A stretch of 64,000 bases of DNA from an uncultured Nitrososphaerales archaeon (GCA_963709405.1 CAVPXM010000030.1:32001-96000), one strand, 5' to 3'. Shown: positions 42,968 to 54,625, counted from the first letter of the stretch. Numbers and translations: made by a program. The notes: a model not told the origin generated them from the letters alone.

Positions 42968-44482
42968 ATGTTTGAACAACTCAAGAAAGCATTCTCATCC
43001 GCAACCAGGAGCATTTCGCAAAAGGAGATTACCTCGAAGGATTTGGAAAAGACCTTATTTGAGATTGAGCTTGATTTGCTGGAATGTGATGTTGCTCAAG
43101 AAGCTATAGATGATATTTTTGCTAAGCTAAAGGATGAATTGGTAGGGCTTAAGCTCGAAAAGGATCAGAGTTCGGAGGAATTGATCAGTTCAAGACTAGA
43201 GTATAGTCTTGCTCAAATGTTTGTCAACAGCGGGAGTATAGATCTTTTACAAAAGATTCGACTTAAGAGCGAATCGAAGTCTGGCCCATTTGTAATTGTA
43301 TTTGTCGGAATAAATGGTACCGGTAAAACTACAACAGTCGCAAAAGTTGGCAACTTACTGCAAATTAACGGATTATCAGCTGTTATGGCAGCTGCGGATA
43401 CTCATCGTTCCGGAGCTATTGAGCAGCTTTGTGCACACGGTGAGAAATTGTCATTAAGAGTGATAGCTCAGCGATATGGAGCCGATCCATCAGCAGTCGC
43501 AAGAGATGCTGTAGAATACGCTAAAAAACACCACATAGATGCAGTTCTAATTGATACGGCAGGAAGGATGCAAACCTCCAAAAATCTGATGGATGAAATT
43601 AGTAAGGTCGTCAGAGTTGTGAAACCAGATGTTAAAGTGTTTGTGGGTGACTCATTAGCTGGCAATGACACGATAAACCAAGCACGAGAATTTTTTCAAT
43701 ACACCAATTTTGATGCTGCTATTTTAACGAAAGCTGACGCTGATTCGAAAGGTGGCGCAGCAATATCTATAGTGCATATTACTTCAAAGCCTATCCTGTA
43801 TTTTGGTATCGGACAAGGATATGGTGATATTTTGCCATTCCACTATGATAAATTCTTGGGATCTATTTTTAGCAATTACCAACTGATCGATGGACAGGAT
43901 CGTTCTACCCAGGGATTCAAGAACCAAAATCAAGAGAAATCTACAAACGAGCAGGATTATCACAAACAGGAGATACGTCCAGAAACGTGTCTGGCGGTTG
44001 AGGATTCATTTAGCTCTCGGAAGGTGAATATACAGGATATGGAACAAAAGTCGTTTTCCTCGCCGCCAGCAGAAATTAATACATCATCAGAGATGTCAAA
44101 AGTCGATCCTGGCTCAGTTCCGTCTTTAACAGGATCTCAAGTCTCAAAGGAGGATGACAAATCTACATCGGGAGATCTAGATAGCCATGGCTTAGCAAGA
44201 TCAAACTCAGAAGATCCATTTCCTATGAAAAATGATGATACTATTTCAATAACTGGAAAGAAAAGGGGGCTTTTTGGGAATCTCTTCACACGTAAGAAAA
44301 AAGTTAAGAAAGAGAATGATGATGTGAAGAATAAAGACTCTGAATCAGAAAGACGATCAACTGACGCGTCGTCTGCAAATGATTTGAATGATAATAAAGG
44401 AAACAGGCGAGATACTGGAGAGACTAAAGACCACGAACCGATTTATCTTTCAGATGAGGACATTGAGGATCTCATTAAATAA
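42968..44482 (+). CDS. ftsY: Signal recognition particle receptor FtsY with a long C-terminal extension
   Basis: GINGTGKTTT, DTAGRM, TKADADSKGGAA and GIGQGY motifs. Confidence 0.93.
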   Translation: MFEQLKKAFSSATRSISQKEITSKDLEKTLFEIELDLLECDVAQEAIDDIFAKLKDELVGLKLEKDQSSEELISSRLEYSLAQMFVNSGSIDLLQKIRLKSESKSGPFVIVFVGINGTGKTTTVAKVGNLLQINGLSAVMAAADTHRSGAIEQLCAHGEKLSLRVIAQRYGADPSAVARDAVEYAKKHHIDAVLIDTAGRMQTSKNLMDEISKVVRVVKPDVKVFVGDSLAGNDTINQAREFFQYTNFDAAILTKADADSKGGAAISIVHITSKPILYFGIGQGYGDILPFHYDKFLGSIFSNYQLIDGQDRSTQGFKNQNQEKSTNEQDYHKQEIRPETCLAVEDSFSSRKVNIQDMEQKSFSSPPAEINTSSEMSKVDPGSVPSLTGSQVSKEDDKSTSGDLDSHGLARSNSEDPFPMKNDDTISITGKKRGLFGNLFTRKKKVKKENDDVKNKDSESERRSTDASSANDLNDNKGNRRDTGETKDHEPIYLSDEDIEDLIK

Positions 44483-45406
44483 TAAAAATATCCTAAGCTT
44501 AAGAGATCTTACGTCAAGTGAAATACTTTCTATTTTGAAATTAGCTGGGATATTCAAGAAGGAATTCCAAGCGAGAAAGTCTCGTCCATTACTGCGGGGG
44601 TGTATTTTGGGGATGATCTTCGAGAAACCATCTACTAGAACTAGGGTTAGTTTTGAAACAGGAATCTTCCAACTAGGAGGAAATCCTATCTACTTGGGTA
44701 TCAACGATATTCAGTTATCCAGAGGAGAATCTATAGAGGATACTGCTCGAACACTAGGTCTATATGTTGATTGCATTGTCGCGAGAATTTATGACCACTG
44801 TAATTTAGAAAGACTAGCTCGCTTTCTTCTCATGTGCCTGTAATTAACGGACTTTCTAATTCTTTTCATCCTTGTCAAATACTTGCTGACTTATTAACGA
44901 TTCATGAACATAAAAAGAAATTAAGAGGATTAAAACTAGCATGGATTGGAGATGGCAACAATGTCTGCAACGATATGCTTTTGGGCTGCGCAAAAATTGG
45001 TATAAACATAGTAGTAGCTTGTCCCAAGGGCTATGAGCCATTACAGTACGTAATAGAATTAGCAAAACAAGAGGGAACGCACACAAAGGTAGAAGTTACT
45101 ATAACCGATGATCCTGTATTCGCTGCTGAGAATGCTGACGTTATAGTAACAGATACATTCGTCTCGATGGGCAAAGATGAAGAAAAGATGGCTAGAGATA
45201 CAGCTTTCCTTCCAAAGTATCAAGTTAATTCAAATCTATTTAGCTTGGCAAAAAAAGACTGCATCTTTATGCACTGTCTTCCTGCTACACGTGGCAAAGA
45301 AGTAACCTCTGATATTATCGATGGCGATGCCTCAGTCGTATGGGATGAAGCAGAAAACAGGTTGCATGTTCAAAAAGCGTTGATGTACTTTTTACTAAAC
45401 AATTAG
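44454..45406 (+). CDS. argF: Ornithine carbamoyltransferase, split by a frameshift near 44820-44830
   Basis: FEKPSTRTRVSF, HPCQILAD, FMHCLPA and EAENRLH. Confidence 0.9.
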
Positions 45407-45678
45407 TCTTATTTTGTAAGTAATTGGCAATTTCTAGCACTAACGGTCCATGTTGGGTAGTGTATAATCCTAAGAATTCAGTAGAGGATGATTTTACCCC
45501 TGATATATGTGGAAACAATCTGAATAAAAAGTACAGCCAAGAACAGTGCTGCGGTAAGGAGGTTTCTATTCGGCAATATTTGCTTTTGAAATTGACTGTA
45601 AATATGTTTATAATGGTTGTTACTGGCTTACGAATTGTAAAGGGTTTAATATCCCTAAAACTGTATTGACGATATAGT

Positions 45679-46038
45679 TTGGAGCAAAAGATGTCTTCCG
45701 TAGAACAAATAATTGATGCTCTGTCAGCCCTCGAAAATGACCTGGATAGCCTTAACTTAAGGGTCATTGAAATGAAAAAACGAATTATAGCCTATTCCAC
45801 TACAGAAATCGAGAAGCAAAAAGAGAGAGTTATTGCCATCGCCAACGAGGATGCTAAGAAAATTATTGAAACTGCAAGAAAAGAAGCTGAAAATGAATCT
45901 TCAGTCATTATGGCCGAGACAGAGAAGAGTGTTGCAGCAACAAAAAAGAATATCGATAACTCATTTTCTCAAGCAGTAGACTTTGTAGTAAAGACGATTT
46001 CTGGCCAGACCAATCATTTTCATGCCAAAAATACTTAG
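45679..46038 (+). CDS. Coiled-coil protein resembling A/V-type ATPase peripheral stalk subunit H/G
   Basis: ANEDAKKIIETARKEAENES repeat pattern; AVDFVVKTI C-terminus. Confidence 0.55.
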   Translation: MEQKMSSVEQIIDALSALENDLDSLNLRVIEMKKRIIAYSTTEIEKQKERVIAIANEDAKKIIETARKEAENESSVIMAETEKSVAATKKNIDNSFSQAVDFVVKTISGQTNHFHAKNT

Positions 46039-46217
46039 AAATGCAGCAGGAGGATTCGAAGCTGAGAAGAATAATTAAGTGCCATTTCGAACCAATTAAT
46101 TGTGCCTATCATGACCCCTTAATAAATTCTTGATATTACTTAAATTGTGGGAAAGTAACATGATATTATGATCAAATGAATATAATAGGTATTCATAAAG
46201 TTTAATAATAATTTGAT

Positions 46218-46883
46218 TTGAGATTGACTTTAGATGGAGCGCCCCTAGATAGACAAGAGTCCAGATATACAGTTACTGTTGCCACTGTTTATGGCCGGTC
46301 ATATTATAATATTGTTAACGCATTGAAATTGATGGATTTAACATACGAATCCTTATCACCAGAGCAGGTAGACTCATCAGACACAAGACTGGTGATTACC
46401 ACGAAAGATGAATCTGGAATTATACACAAAAAAAATATTCTCCTAGATACCGAACTAGATAGATACCCTATTCTTTCAAAAGCCAAAATATTGTATACAA
46501 TTATGGGATACTCCAAGGACGATGACCTACTTATTGGAGTTGATCCAGGGGACAGGATAGGAATATCTGTCAATTATTTTCATAACGAAATCGAAAGCTT
46601 CGTAGAGCGTTCACCAGAATCTGCCATCAAAATTATATCTGTGATTCTATCCGGAATTAGATCAGGAAAGAAGGTAGTAAAGATCGGTGACGGTAATATT
46701 ATTATGTGTAAGTATATTGCGGAGGCCATAAAAATGAGATTCAAGGATTCAGTAGATATTGAGATTGTTGATGAATATGGTACATCTTTACGGCGTAATG
46801 TATATGCAAACAGACGCGGAATTAGGGATCGCTCATCTGCAAAAGTGATCGCATTTAGGAGAGGCAGGCATTTTAACTCATAA
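46218..46883 (+). CDS. Hypothetical protein with an RNase H-like (YqgF-type) domain
   Basis: LIGVDPGDRIGI, VKIGDG and IVDEYGTS. Confidence 0.65.
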   Translation: MRLTLDGAPLDRQESRYTVTVATVYGRSYYNIVNALKLMDLTYESLSPEQVDSSDTRLVITTKDESGIIHKKNILLDTELDRYPILSKAKILYTIMGYSKDDDLLIGVDPGDRIGISVNYFHNEIESFVERSPESAIKIISVILSGIRSGKKVVKIGDGNIIMCKYIAEAIKMRFKDSVDIEIVDEYGTSLRRNVYANRRGIRDRSSAKVIAFRRGRHFNS

Positions 46884-47171
46884 TCTTATACACCTAGTAC
46901 GATCTGTTAGACGGCGACAGCCAGGGTACAAATCGGCGATGGATCACGACAACCCGCTATGGCATACATGTTTGTAGATGATATTATTGCTCTCTCAAAT
47001 TAATATTTCGTGAATCACCATAAACTTGATAATATTTCCAATCTCGATCATCTCTGATATTAAATTTTTTAATTAAAAATAAATTACCTTAATAAAATAC
47101 TCATATAAATTTAAATAGTGTATATCAGAATATAAAAGTAGGTAAAAATATTTTACCCTGGATATGTTAGA

Positions 47172-47426
47172 ATGACTTGTAAGGATATCTGCCTACATCA
47201 CAAGGCTCAAAAACCAGTTGGTTCTGGTCGGTATGCTATTGGACAAAAACGTTGTCAGATATGTGAAATATTTCTCAAATGGGATGGGCTATGGTGTCCT
47301 TGTTGTGGCTATAGATTAAGAACTAAGCCACGAAACCTGAAGTACAAGGCTAAACTTAGAGCAAGAAAAAAGGCTCAAACACAAATTATAAGACCGGCAT
47401 TTATTCGTGTTGAAAAGAATGTATAA
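47172..47426 (+). CDS. Small basic zinc-ribbon protein
   Basis: CKDIC, CQICEIF and CPCCGYRLRTKPR. Confidence 0.75.
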   Translation: MTCKDICLHHKAQKPVGSGRYAIGQKRCQICEIFLKWDGLWCPCCGYRLRTKPRNLKYKAKLRARKKAQTQIIRPAFIRVEKNV

Positions 47427-47560
47427 TAATATGTAGTGAATACTACCAATTATGCCAGCAGCAGAATCACTGTCCAAGAATTTTTCTTACGGCTTATTAG
47501 GTTTTGATTGTGATACTCTGTAAATAATTACTTATCATCCGGAGAGGTATAATACATATA

Positions 47561-49037
47561 ATGAGAAGCCTGCGCAAACCGGCCCGGTTTAACTACGACC
47601 TGCGCGGCTTTCTCAATCTACTAGAGAAGAATAACGATCTTGTCACGATACAGAAAGCAGTCAGTTCAAAATTTGAGATCTCGGCGATAGTTAGCAAATT
47701 TGAGAGAAAACAGGCAGTAATGTTTGAAAGGGTAAGGGGCAGTAAGATCAAGGTCGCATGTAATATTCTGGGAACCAGAAAGAGATTCTCAATGGCGGTT
47801 GGAACAAGTGACGAAAGTCTAATTCATTCACACATTATTAAATCACTCTCCTCAAGTTGTGAACCACGTAGGCTGCTAGGCCGTGCACCGTTCGATCAAA
47901 ACTCATCACGTAATTTGTTAGTCCTTCCTATAGTTACCCATTTTGAAAAAGATGCAGGACCGTATATCACTTCATCAATTGTTTTTGTGAAGGACCACGA
48001 AAGTGGTAACCAAAATTCATCTACTCATCGATTATTGAGATTAGATGACAGGCATATGGTAATTAGGATGGTTGAAGGTAGACATTTGCACAAATGCTTT
48101 ACATATGCAAAAGATCATGGGGAAGATTTGAAAATCGCGATTGCAATTGGTGTCCATCCTTCGGTAAGTATTGGCAGCGGCATATCAGGCTGCATATGGT
48201 GTTGATGAGATGCTAATCGCAAATTCTTTGCTAGAAAATCAGCTGACTCTGAGCAAGCTGGATTATTCGCAATTGTTTGTTCCAACCCATGCTGAAATAG
48301 TTCTGGAAGGTCGAATTCTGAGGGACAAAACTCAAGAGGAGTGGATGGTAGAGATGTTGAAAACATATGATTTGAAGCGTCAACAACCCATGTTTGAACT
48401 TGAAAGAATAAGATTCAGAGAAAATGCAATATTTCATGATATTTTACCGGGCTTCGCAGAACATCGATTGCTAATGGGTATGCCAGTAGAAGCAAAACTC
48501 TTGGGGGACGTTAGAAACGCTGTGACGAATACCAAAGCTGTCTATTTGACTGAAGGCGGTAGCAGTTGGTTAACTGCTGTCATTCAGATCAAAAAGAGAC
48601 TTGAAGGTGAACCAAAAAATGTTATAATCGCAGCACTAGCCTCGCATCGCTCGCTGAAAATAGTTATTGTGGTAGATGAGGATATCGATCCCACGAACCC
48701 TATTGCTGTTGAATATGCTCTATCTACCAGATGCCAAGCAGATAGAGATCTTGTTATAATTCCGAATGCCAAAGGATCTAGTCTTGATCCTTCTAGTGAT
48801 CAGCACAATTTACTCACCGCGAAGCTAGGTATAGATGCGACTGCAACCCTTCTAAAAGCCAAGGACGGGTTTGAGATTGCAAAAATTCCAGGGGAGGAGA
48901 ATTTAAAAGTTTCAGACTATGTTTCCTACAAACACAGAAAAGAGAAATCGGTAATGACTGATTCTTCACAACAATTGCATGACCTATTGGACGAATCAAG
49001 CAACAGCTTGAAATACCGTTCCCAGAATGATGTTTAG
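47561..49037 (+). CDS. UbiD-family (prFMN-dependent) decarboxylase, possibly anhydromevalonate phosphate decarboxylase; frameshift near 48173
   Basis: DLRGFL..LE, DAGPYITS, AEIVLEG, VVDEDID, KGSSLDPS and KLGIDAT across two ORFs. Confidence 0.85.
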
Positions 49038-49284
49038 TTTCCGATTTGTTTTTTTGTGAATCTGCTTAGGTATCGCCACGTCAGTTTGATACTACCCATT
49101 CTGGTATTGCATCGGAGGTAATTATGAAGGTAAACAATTTGAATTGAATGACCTGCTTCTGAAACATAGTGGGATGTATGTCATAACAATGGTTCTACGA
49201 TTGGTAAATACCAGCTGGACAGTGAATTCGCTATTAGGAACATATAAATGCAAATAATAGCGATCTGATGTAGGGGCCTGCTCA

Positions 49285-49863
49285 TTGAAAGATCGGTTTA
49301 TCCATGGGAATCTCATCATTCTTTACGCCATCGATAGATCCGCGTCGGTAATAGAGGGACTGCCTGACCATATACTTAAGAGAGCAAGATTGTGTCTCGA
49401 TACATTTGGAACTATAATGCGATCAAAACCAGACAAAAATAAAACCACGATCTTTGTCGTGGCAAATCCGAATTCCATTAAATATCTTAAGCAGGAGCTA
49501 ACGAAAGGAGGAATTGACGAGGACAAAATCGTATTCGATACTATCTCCAACAATGTGCGACAAACTTGTGATAGTGTTATTAAATATGTCCAGAATAGGG
49601 TTAATCCTCCAAAGATTTATTTTATCGGATCGGCGTGGCTAAGAGAATCCTTTGATTCAATTGTCCTATCAAAGCTTAAAGAATACAACGTACAATTCGA
49701 AGGTGCCCTAGACAGTAGATCGGTTGCAGAAACTGATAACGAAAAAGCAGCGGATAGTCCGAAGAAGGGAATACAGTTTTACAAGAAACAAGCGAAAGAT
49801 AAGGCCGCAAATATGCTCCTCAACTTACTTTTCCCGGCTAAGAAAGAAGTTTCAAAACGTTAA
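49285..49863 (+). CDS. Hypothetical protein
   Basis: 192-aa ORF, Rossmann-like pattern. Confidence 0.55.
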   Translation: MKDRFIHGNLIILYAIDRSASVIEGLPDHILKRARLCLDTFGTIMRSKPDKNKTTIFVVANPNSIKYLKQELTKGGIDEDKIVFDTISNNVRQTCDSVIKYVQNRVNPPKIYFIGSAWLRESFDSIVLSKLKEYNVQFEGALDSRSVAETDNEKAADSPKKGIQFYKKQAKDKAANMLLNLLFPAKKEVSKR

Positions 49864-49901
49864 GATTTAATACCTATTTTATTACTGGAGAATACTAGAG
49901 T

Positions 49902-50029
49902 GCGGTCATCGTCTAGTTTGGTTAGGACACTGGCCTTCCAGGTGTTTTGATTGACACGGGGTTAGCCCGTAACCCGGGACTTTGTTTTATTAACGATACA
50001 AAGCGGGAATTCAAATCCCGGTGGCCGCA
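49902..50029 (+). tRNA. tRNA-Gly(TCC) with two introns (49941-49963 at 37/38; 49979-50009 at 53/54)
   Basis: Removing both inserts gives GCGGTCATCGTCTAGTTTGGTTAGGACACTGGCCTTCCAAGCCCGTAACCCGGGTTCAAATCCCGGTGGCCGCA; both inserts form BHB-type structures. Confidence 0.88.
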
Positions 50030-50274
50030 TTCATGCAATTAATACTATATATTACATCTATCGCAAGCTCACGTAATCATAACCCCGTTTCAGAAACGAT
50101 AGGCTAATTATCAGAATTTTGTGTCTTCTATATAAGATATAAAAACAAATGGAGCAAGAAGGAACTCCTATTGAAATTTTCAGCTCGCTATCCTGTAGGG
50201 GATAAAGGTTGATATTGCATATAAAGTCAGATAATTTGTGTGATCAAAGGCATAAAGGTTATACGTGATGACTA

Positions 50275-50823
50275 ATGGAGGTCGCGACCTTGAGAATTGG
50301 CCATAGACTGGTTCGTGACGATCGTGTAACTACACACTCTGCATTGGTAGCGAGAGCATTTGGTTGCAATAAAATTTACATGTCAGACGTGGATGACTCT
50401 ATAATCCACACCGTCGAAAAAGTCGCAAAAAATTGGGGTCAGTCTGATTTTTTGATTGAGATATATCGTGATTGGAAGGAGGTGGTACAAACATGGAAGA
50501 AGGATGGCGGAAAGATCATTCACTTGACTATGTATGGGATCAATGTAGATGACATTATCGAGACCGTTAGAGTTGAAACCAAAATCCTTGTTATTATTGG
50601 TGCAAGAAAGGTTCCAAGAGAACTGTATGATATTGCGGATATGAATATTGCTGTAGGAAATCAACCACATTCTGAAATCGCTGCCTTGGCAATATTTTTG
50701 GATAGAATTTTTAATGGAAACGAGCTAAAGAAGCAATTCAGTAAAGCAAGCTATAAAATAATCCCTGCCGCAAGAGGCAAGAATGTGCAGCGTCGATCAG
50801 TGAATGATCGGTTTAATATTTAG
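50275..50823 (+). CDS. trm56: tRNA (cytidine(56)-2'-O)-methyltransferase
   Basis: LRIGHRLVRDDRVTTH..LVARAFG, HLTMYG and GNQPHSEIAALAIFLDR. Confidence 0.93.
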   Translation: MEVATLRIGHRLVRDDRVTTHSALVARAFGCNKIYMSDVDDSIIHTVEKVAKNWGQSDFLIEIYRDWKEVVQTWKKDGGKIIHLTMYGINVDDIIETVRVETKILVIIGARKVPRELYDIADMNIAVGNQPHSEIAALAIFLDRIFNGNELKKQFSKASYKIIPAARGKNVQRRSVNDRFNI

Positions 50824-50931
50824 GATCTCTTAGTGTAAAATGCCAGTGATAGTACATATACGATGAACCAAGTATAATCAATCGGATAGGCCATACTGGG
50901 GTTTCATGATACACTCCTGTCAATATATTGG

Positions 50932-53712
50932 ATGGTTAGAGAAAGCCTTAAAGTAATGTATTTGATCAAGAGGAATGGTACAAAGGGGATGGCGGGAATT
51001 ACTGAGATTAATGACTCTAAAGAGAATGCTATCTTGCGTATAAGAAAAAGAGATGGAAGAGTGGTCAGTTTTGTGCAATCGAAGATATCGAATGCAATTT
51101 ACAAGGCCTTGGTCGCAACAGGTAGGGCTGATTATGCAGTAGCGGATAGATTAGCTGGCGACGTAGTCCAGAAGATGCTCCAACATGGCTATAGATCTAG
51201 CGAGAAAACATCACTTCCAAGCGTTGAGGATGTTCAGGATATGGTAGAATCTATACTCATTGAAGAGGGATTCTCTGAGACGGCGAAGGCTTATATATTA
51301 TACCGACACGAAAGGCGAAAAATTCGTGACGAAAAGATGAAGATTCTAAATAAGAGAGATCTTGATGAAGTGGATAAAGTATTTGATGTGAATTCACTTA
51401 GGGTTTTAGCAGCAAGATATCTGCTAAGAGATAGTTATGGTAATATTATAGAAGGCCCTAAACAGATGTTTGAACGAGTTGCGATTCTGGTAACAATTCC
51501 AGATATCATACATGATTCTTTACTGTTTGATTTAAATGGCATTCACAGGCAGAATATTGACGAGGCAGCTGTCTATTATTCAAAGACGGAAGATTTTCAT
51601 TTAAAGCTAAAAATCGGAGATTTCCTGTTAAATAAATACCATTTTGAATCGCTGATTCGAGTTTATATCGATCTTTCAAAGCAAGGACACATGAAACTTA
51701 GTTTCAAACAGATGCTTAGATTAATCGCTGAAGGTAAACTATCGGCGTACGAGCAGAGAATTAAAGAATACTATGAACTGATGACATCCAGAGATTTTCT
51801 TCCAAATACTCCTACGTTAATGAATGCAGGTACGAGGCTGGGACAACTATCTGCATGCTTTGTTTTGGAGATGCCTGATGATATGTACGGCATTATGAAA
51901 TCGTCAACCGACGCGGCAATGATCTTTAAATCTGGAGGAGGCGTCGGAATCAATTATTCCGATCTGCGTCCAGAAGGTGATATCGTTGCATCCACATCAG
52001 GAGTCGCATCTGGACCCACATCATTCATGAGGATTATCGATACCGTTACTGACGTTGTAAAACAGGGAGGAAAGAGACGCGGAGCAAACATGGGTATATT
52101 GGAAGCATGGCACCCTGACATTGAAAAATTTGTCACCGCAAAAACCAAACCCGGCGTATTCGAGAATTTTAACGTTAGTGTAGGAATGTTGGAAGATTTC
52201 TGGAATGCGCTTATGAATAAGGACAATCCCAAATATGCACTGCGAAATCCACGAACTAAAGAAGTTATAAGACAAATAGATCCTCATCAATTGATGGATT
52301 TAATTGCTTTTAGCGCATGGAAGAGTGCTGAACCCGGCGTAATTTTCTTTGATAATATTAACAAATATAATCCATGTATGAAGGCGAAGGGTGGTCCTTT
52401 AAGAGCAACTAATCCATGTGGCGAACAATCGCTATATCCGTACGAATCATGCAACCTTGGTTCGATAAACCTAGCAAACTTTGTAAAGCGAAAAGCTGAC
52501 GGAATGTACGAATTTGACTGGCAGAGATATGAACAAGCTATTAGATTATCTTCCAGATTTCTAGACAACATAATTGATATGAACAAATATCCTGTCCAAG
52601 AAATCGAAGATAATACCAAGCTCACAAGACGGATTGGTCTTGGAATAATGGGTATTGCAGATCTTTTGTTCTTGCTTGGAATTCCATACAATTCAAAAGA
52701 TGGGTATGATCATATGAACAAACTCGCTGAAGCAATCTCCTATTACAGCATGGAAGAAAGCGTAGCTATAGCAAAATCAAGGGGCTCATTCCCGCTCTTC
52801 AAGGAGACGGAATATGTCAATGGCAAAATACCCATTGCAGGATACTATGATCTGCCTAAAGAATCACATTCATATGATTGGAATTCGTTAATTGTAAAGA
52901 TCAAAAAACACGGTATAAGGAATTCATGGACAACTACGATTGCGCCAACAGGAACACTGTCCATGATCGCCGATACTTCTAATGGTATAGAACCCATCTT
53001 TGCAGTTGTCTTCGAGAAACGTGTAACAGTTGGAAGATTCTTTTATACTAATAGAATTTTCGAAAATATGTTGAAGCTGAACAGATTGTATGATGATGAT
53101 ATTCTTACTAAGATAGCAAATAATTATGGATCAATCAGCGGTCTTTCTGAAATACCAGAGTCAATACAGAATATCTTTGTAACTGCAATTGATATTCATT
53201 GGACAGATCACCTGATGGCACAAGCAATATGGCAAAAATGGATTTCTAATGCTATTGCAAAAACAATCAATATGCCCGGCGATGTAACTGTCGATGATGT
53301 GAAACGTGCATATCTTTTATCTCACGAACTAGGCTTGAAAGGTGTTACCGTATATCGAGACGGTTCAAGACATGAACAAGTATTGCATATCACTGGCGAG
53401 AATAGACTTGAGAAGAGAGGCGCTACGAAACCAAGTGAATTCGTGCAAGATTATATATTTACCAACATAATGGAGCCCTATGTTAAGCAACAATTGGAAC
53501 CAGTGTTTAGGGAACCAGCGATTCAGGAAGATACCAGTCAAGGTATGGATTTTGATAAAAGTCCGACACTGTCTCCAGAATCGATATCGACATCACATTT
53601 ATTTGAAATACCCGCAGGGGAAATCTGTCCATGCTGCAATTCAAGGTTAATAATCACAGAAGGCTGTAGCATGTGTATTGAGTGCGGATTTAGTAACTGC
53701 GCGTCAGGATGA
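50932..53712 (+). CDS. nrdJ: Adenosylcobalamin-dependent (class II) ribonucleotide reductase with an ATP-cone
   Basis: IRKRDGRVVSF ATP-cone, PNTPTLMNAG, LSACFV, TNPCGEQ, TIAPTGT and a C-terminal Cys cluster; no intein seen. Confidence 0.95.
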   Translation: MVRESLKVMYLIKRNGTKGMAGITEINDSKENAILRIRKRDGRVVSFVQSKISNAIYKALVATGRADYAVADRLAGDVVQKMLQHGYRSSEKTSLPSVEDVQDMVESILIEEGFSETAKAYILYRHERRKIRDEKMKILNKRDLDEVDKVFDVNSLRVLAARYLLRDSYGNIIEGPKQMFERVAILVTIPDIIHDSLLFDLNGIHRQNIDEAAVYYSKTEDFHLKLKIGDFLLNKYHFESLIRVYIDLSKQGHMKLSFKQMLRLIAEGKLSAYEQRIKEYYELMTSRDFLPNTPTLMNAGTRLGQLSACFVLEMPDDMYGIMKSSTDAAMIFKSGGGVGINYSDLRPEGDIVASTSGVASGPTSFMRIIDTVTDVVKQGGKRRGANMGILEAWHPDIEKFVTAKTKPGVFENFNVSVGMLEDFWNALMNKDNPKYALRNPRTKEVIRQIDPHQLMDLIAFSAWKSAEPGVIFFDNINKYNPCMKAKGGPLRATNPCGEQSLYPYESCNLGSINLANFVKRKADGMYEFDWQRYEQAIRLSSRFLDNIIDMNKYPVQEIEDNTKLTRRIGLGIMGIADLLFLLGIPYNSKDGYDHMNKLAEAISYYSMEESVAIAKSRGSFPLFKETEYVNGKIPIAGYYDLPKESHSYDWNSLIVKIKKHGIRNSWTTTIAPTGTLSMIADTSNGIEPIFAVVFEKRVTVGRFFYTNRIFENMLKLNRLYDDDILTKIANNYGSISGLSEIPESIQNIFVTAIDIHWTDHLMAQAIWQKWISNAIAKTINMPGDVTVDDVKRAYLLSHELGLKGVTVYRDGSRHEQVLHITGENRLEKRGATKPSEFVQDYIFTNIMEPYVKQQLEPVFREPAIQEDTSQGMDFDKSPTLSPESISTSHLFEIPAGEICPCCNSRLIITEGCSMCIECGFSNCASG

Positions 53713-53797
53713 GTGTCAAACTGGAATGTTTCTATAGCCAGGCGTTAACTGAAATAAGTTGATGTTGATTAGTCACATCAGGGCTAGATGTGAGAAT

Positions 53798-54619
53798 TCA
53801 ACAAAATTCTATCTTATACGACCCCAATACCTTAAAAAAGTTGGTTTTCTTTTCAATCAAGCATAATGCCTCATGAATGGTTCTATTACTTGAATGACCC
53901 TCAATGTCCACATAAAAATTGTATTCCCATGGCGTGTCTTTAGTCGGACGTGATTCTATTCGTGTAAGGTTAATGCGTCTTGTAGCAAATTCGCTCAAGA
54001 TATTAAATAATGCACCCGGTAGATGATTTATAGAAAAGATGATAGAAGTAGCATCATGGCCAGTAGGCTCAGTCTTGATCTGCGTTCTTGATAGCACAAA
54101 GAATCTTGTATAATTGTTTTTCTCATCTTCAATCCCATGATCAGCAATTTTCATACCGTATAATTTGGCTGCTCTTTCACTAGCTATAGCCGCTGCGTTC
54201 ACGATCTTGTTATCTTTAATTAACTTCACAGCTCCAGCCGTGTCGTATGTGGGGATGGACTCCAACCCCCTCCGTTGGATATATTTCCTACACTGTGCAA
54301 GGGCTTGAGGATGTGAGTATACCGATGTAATAGCCGAATCTGAATTCTGATTGACGATAAGACAATGGATTATCCGCTGGTGTATTTCTCCAAATACAAA
54401 AGCATTTGATCGTAACAATAAGTCGTACGCTTCATTTACACTCCCCTCTATGGAATTTTCGATAGGAATTATTGCGAAATCTATTTTGCCAGATTCGATA
54501 TTCCAAAATATGTCCTGAAACGTTTTCGTTGGTATCAGCTCTGCATCAGGAAAGTACTTCATTGTAGCAATTTCGCTATATGCGCCTTTCTCTCCTTGAA
54601 ACGCGACTTTTTGTTTCAT
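53798..54619 (-). CDS. pheA: Prephenate dehydratase
   Basis: VAFQGEKGAYSE, PIENSIEGSV, SHPQALAQC, NYTRF and ACT domain LTRIESRP. Confidence 0.95.
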   Translation of the reverse strand: MKQKVAFQGEKGAYSEIATMKYFPDAELIPTKTFQDIFWNIESGKIDFAIIPIENSIEGSVNEAYDLLLRSNAFVFGEIHQRIIHCLIVNQNSDSAITSVYSHPQALAQCRKYIQRRGLESIPTYDTAGAVKLIKDNKIVNAAAIASERAAKLYGMKIADHGIEDEKNNYTRFFVLSRTQIKTEPTGHDATSIIFSINHLPGALFNILSEFATRRINLTRIESRPTKDTPWEYNFYVDIEGHSSNRTIHEALCLIEKKTNFFKVLGSYKIEFC

Positions 54620-54625
54620 CTGAGC

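Noticed and set aside
44454-49037. argF and the UbiD gene as true pseudogenes or programmed frameshifts
   Set aside because: Each has a single break with both halves conserved and no slippery sequence; sequencing error is the simpler explanation.
50932-53712. Intein or intron in nrdJ
   Set aside because: No intein splice motifs or homing endonuclease blocks are visible, and motif spacing looks ordinary.
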